The notes beneath the pieces were generated by a model. The model saw only the letters and a list, made by a program, of their open reading frames with translations, was not told the origin of the DNA and ran no database searches. A program made the translations under genes and the position numbers. DNA of 64,000 bases from positions 8,809 through 72,808 of the forward strand of contig CACLTT010000003.1 in the NCBI GenBank assembly GCA_902609885.1, given 5' to 3'. Source of the stretch: an uncultured Candidatus Hydrogenedens sp. (GTDB lineage Bacteria; Desulfobacterota_D; UBA1144). Positions 62,001 to 64,000 of this stretch are shown here, one piece after another (position 1 is the first letter of the stretch; each line of letters opens with the position of its first letter).

Positions 62001-62273
62001 ATGGCTTTAGTCAGAATACCAACACCATTAAGAAGGCTAACTAATGAAAAAGATGAGGTTAATTCGGAAGCAAAAACTGTAATCGAACTAATAGATGATT
62101 TAGATAATCAGTTTCCAGGGATGAAAAATAAAGTTTGCGAACCTAATGGATCAATAAGAAAATTTATTAATATATATATTAATGATGAAGACATTAGATT
62201 TCTTGAAGGTCCAGAATCCACAATTAAGCAAGATGATACTGTTTCAATTATCCCTGCAATTGCTGGTGGATAA
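62001..62273 (+). CDS. CysO/MoaD-type sulfur-carrier protein (C-terminal Gly-Gly)
   Basis: 90 aa ending AIAGG. Matches the CysO pattern IPT.LR...NIY.NDEDIRF...D.V.I.PA.AGG. Confidence 0.8.
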   Translation: MALVRIPTPLRRLTNEKDEVNSEAKTVIELIDDLDNQFPGMKNKVCEPNGSIRKFINIYINDEDIRFLEGPESTIKQDDTVSIIPAIAGG

Positions 62274-62274
62274 A

Positions 62275-63318
62275 TTATTCAAAAAATTCTTTAACTTTAT
62301 TGATATATTCTGAAAATGGATTCTTAGAGTCCTTTTCAACCTCAACTTGATATTCTTCAAGTAATTTTTTTTGTTTGCTATTAACTGTCTTAGGTATAAC
62401 AATATTTAGTTTTACATAAAGATCACCATAAGATTCTCTATTTAGAATTTTAATACCCTTGCCTTTTAGCCTCATTAACTGGCCAGGCTGAACACCTGCA
62501 GGAATTTTTAAATCTGAAGTTCCCTCTAAAGTTGGTATTTCAATTCTTCCACCTAAAACCGCATTAGAAATACTGACTGGCACCTCACAAAGTATATTCT
62601 CATCTTCTCTTTTAAAAAAAGGATGATCTTCAACAGTAATATCTATATATAAATCTCCATTTGGTCCATTGTTTATACCTGCATCACCCTCACCTGACAT
62701 TCTTAATCTTGTACCGTTATCAACACCTGCTGGAATTTTTACTTCTAATTTCTTATTCTCGGTATCATCTGCGAAAGCACCTGCTCCACCACAAGAACCG
62801 CAGGTTCTACTGACTGAGAACATACCTTGTGAATAATTAAGCTCACCGGTTCCGTTGCATGCTTTACATACTTTATATGTCCTCGCTCTTCTTAACGAAA
62901 TATTTTTTTTAATTCCTTTAACAGCTTCATCAAAAGATATGGATACATCAAATCTAAGATCTCGACCCTTGTACTGAGAATTTTCTCTTCTTGATCTTCT
63001 AGAATTAGATCTTCCGCCACCAAAAAAATCGTTTATAAGATCATCTAAATCTGGAAAACCACCAGGGAAACCACTTGAGAAGCCTCCACCACCAGCTCCT
63101 GGATTGACTGTCCCAAAAGTATCATATTGTGATTTTTTTTCTTGGTCACCTAAAACTTGATAAGCCTCATTAATTTCTTTAAATTTTTCTTCAGCTTTTT
63201 TATCATTTTTATTTCTATCCGGGTGATATTTAAGTGCTAATTTTTTATAAGCTTTTTTAATTTGCTCTTCATTTGATGTTCTATCAATACCTAAAACTGA
63301 ATAATAATCTTTACTCAT
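62275..63318 (-). CDS. dnaJ: chaperone DnaJ
   Basis: J-domain HPD, G/F region, CxxCxGxG repeats. Confidence 0.9.
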   Translation of the reverse strand: MSKDYYSVLGIDRTSNEEQIKKAYKKLALKYHPDRNKNDKKAEEKFKEINEAYQVLGDQEKKSQYDTFGTVNPGAGGGGFSSGFPGGFPDLDDLINDFFGGGRSNSRRSRRENSQYKGRDLRFDVSISFDEAVKGIKKNISLRRARTYKVCKACNGTGELNYSQGMFSVSRTCGSCGGAGAFADDTENKKLEVKIPAGVDNGTRLRMSGEGDAGINNGPNGDLYIDITVEDHPFFKREDENILCEVPVSISNAVLGGRIEIPTLEGTSDLKIPAGVQPGQLMRLKGKGIKILNRESYGDLYVKLNIVIPKTVNSKQKKLLEEYQVEVEKDSKNPFSEYINKVKEFFE

Positions 63319-63994
63319 TATCAGCTCCGGAGGATACAATAACTAAAGATGGTCTTAAAAGTTTATCGTCCAAACTATAACCAGTCTGAATAACCTCTAA
63401 TATTTTATTTGAATCAAATTTCTTCGATTTTTTAAGCTCTAAAGCTTGATGGAAGTTTGGGTCAAAATCGTCCCCCGTATTTATATTGATTTTTTCTATG
63501 TTATTTTTTTCTAAAAAGTTTTGAAAATCTTTTTCTACACTTTTCATCCCTTTGAAAAAATCAGTATCTCTTTGCGAGTCCTCATATAGGTTAAGACCTC
63601 TTTCAAAATTATCAATAAAAAATAAGAGATCTCTTAACATATTTTCTTTAGCAACATATATAGCTTGTTTTTTTTCAATTAAATTTCTTTTTTTATAGTT
63701 TTCAAATTCAGCAGCTAATCTTAATAATTTTTCATTTAATTCTTTTTTTGCAGCCTCTAAATCATCTTTTAACTTTAAAAAAGCTTCGGTATCCTCATCA
63801 TTTACAATTATAAGAAAATTAGTAAATTTATCGGTATCATTAAATTTAAAGGCAATTTCATTTTTACTACTAGATACAGTAATATACTCAGAACCTTCGA
63901 TAAAACTTTTAAAGTCGATAAAGGATTTAAAAACTGATTTATTTTCTTCTTTTTTGCTGTTTTCTTTTTGTTCTAAAGTATTATTTTCACTCAT
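63311..63994 (-). CDS. grpE: nucleotide exchange factor GrpE
   Basis: Coiled-coil followed by a beta domain with GrpE signatures. Confidence 0.85.
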   Translation of the reverse strand: MSENNTLEQKENSKKEENKSVFKSFIDFKSFIEGSEYITVSSSKNEIAFKFNDTDKFTNFLIIVNDEDTEAFLKLKDDLEAAKKELNEKLLRLAAEFENYKKRNLIEKKQAIYVAKENMLRDLLFFIDNFERGLNLYEDSQRDTDFFKGMKSVEKDFQNFLEKNNIEKININTGDDFDPNFHQALELKKSKKFDSNKILEVIQTGYSLDDKLLRPSLVIVSSGADNE

Positions 63995-64000
63995 ATTGAC

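Noticed and set aside
63311-64000. grpE truncated by the window end
   Set aside because: An ATG at 63994 with a plausible N-terminus lies inside the window. The gene is treated as complete, though an upstream extension cannot be excluded.

Overview
This is a 64-kb chromosomal window from a very AT-rich, Asn/Lys/Ile-biased, gene-dense genome. The gene content is alphaproteobacterial-like and resembles streamlined marine lineages (SAR11-like), but the taxon cannot be fixed from sequence alone. It is mostly core metabolism and housekeeping, with no transposase, integrase, CRISPR, rRNA or tRNA detected.

Housekeeping genes include ileS, B12-dependent metH, lpdA, hemB, ndh (NDH-2), hflK/hflC, grpE, dnaJ, pgsA, oadGAB, an IDH-family dehydrogenase, an LldD-family dehydrogenase, Hsp20 and UDG.

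Accessory content worth attention:
(1) A metal-homeostasis island at about 0.8-7.2 kb. It holds znuA, zur and znuCB, with a perfect Zur-box palindrome in the divergent znuA/zur promoter. A second palindromic box sits in front of a His-rich secreted outer-membrane-like protein. Upstream is a four-gene operon: a His/Cys-rich small secreted protein, an OM beta-barrel, a MerP-like periplasmic HMA protein and a MerT-like inner-membrane protein, with no merA or merR. A DsrE-like gene apparently lacks a canonical start codon.
(2) A glucosylglycerate-type compatible-solute operon: RHH regulator, HAD-IIB phosphatase, glycosyl-3-phosphoglycerate synthase and a GH13 sucrose-phosphorylase-family enzyme.
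(3) A ThrC-family PLP enzyme with an N-terminal 4-Cys zinc ribbon next to a CysO/MoaD-type Gly-Gly sulfur carrier. It is preceded by a leader resembling a SAM-II/SAM-V riboswitch, with a pseudoknot. This looks like a thiocarboxylate-dependent homocysteine/methionine module beside metH.
(4) An SBP56 selenium-binding-protein / methanethiol-oxidase homolog.
(5) A 130-bp tandem repeat (about 2.7 copies) carrying a TTGAGT-N3-ACTCAA palindrome, immediately upstream of a lipoprotein subtilisin with a beta-barrel-like C-terminus.
(6) A near-consensus sigma70 promoter followed by a hairpin and U-run in the oad operon leader.
(7) An unannotated 57-aa secreted Cys/His peptide upstream of azurin.
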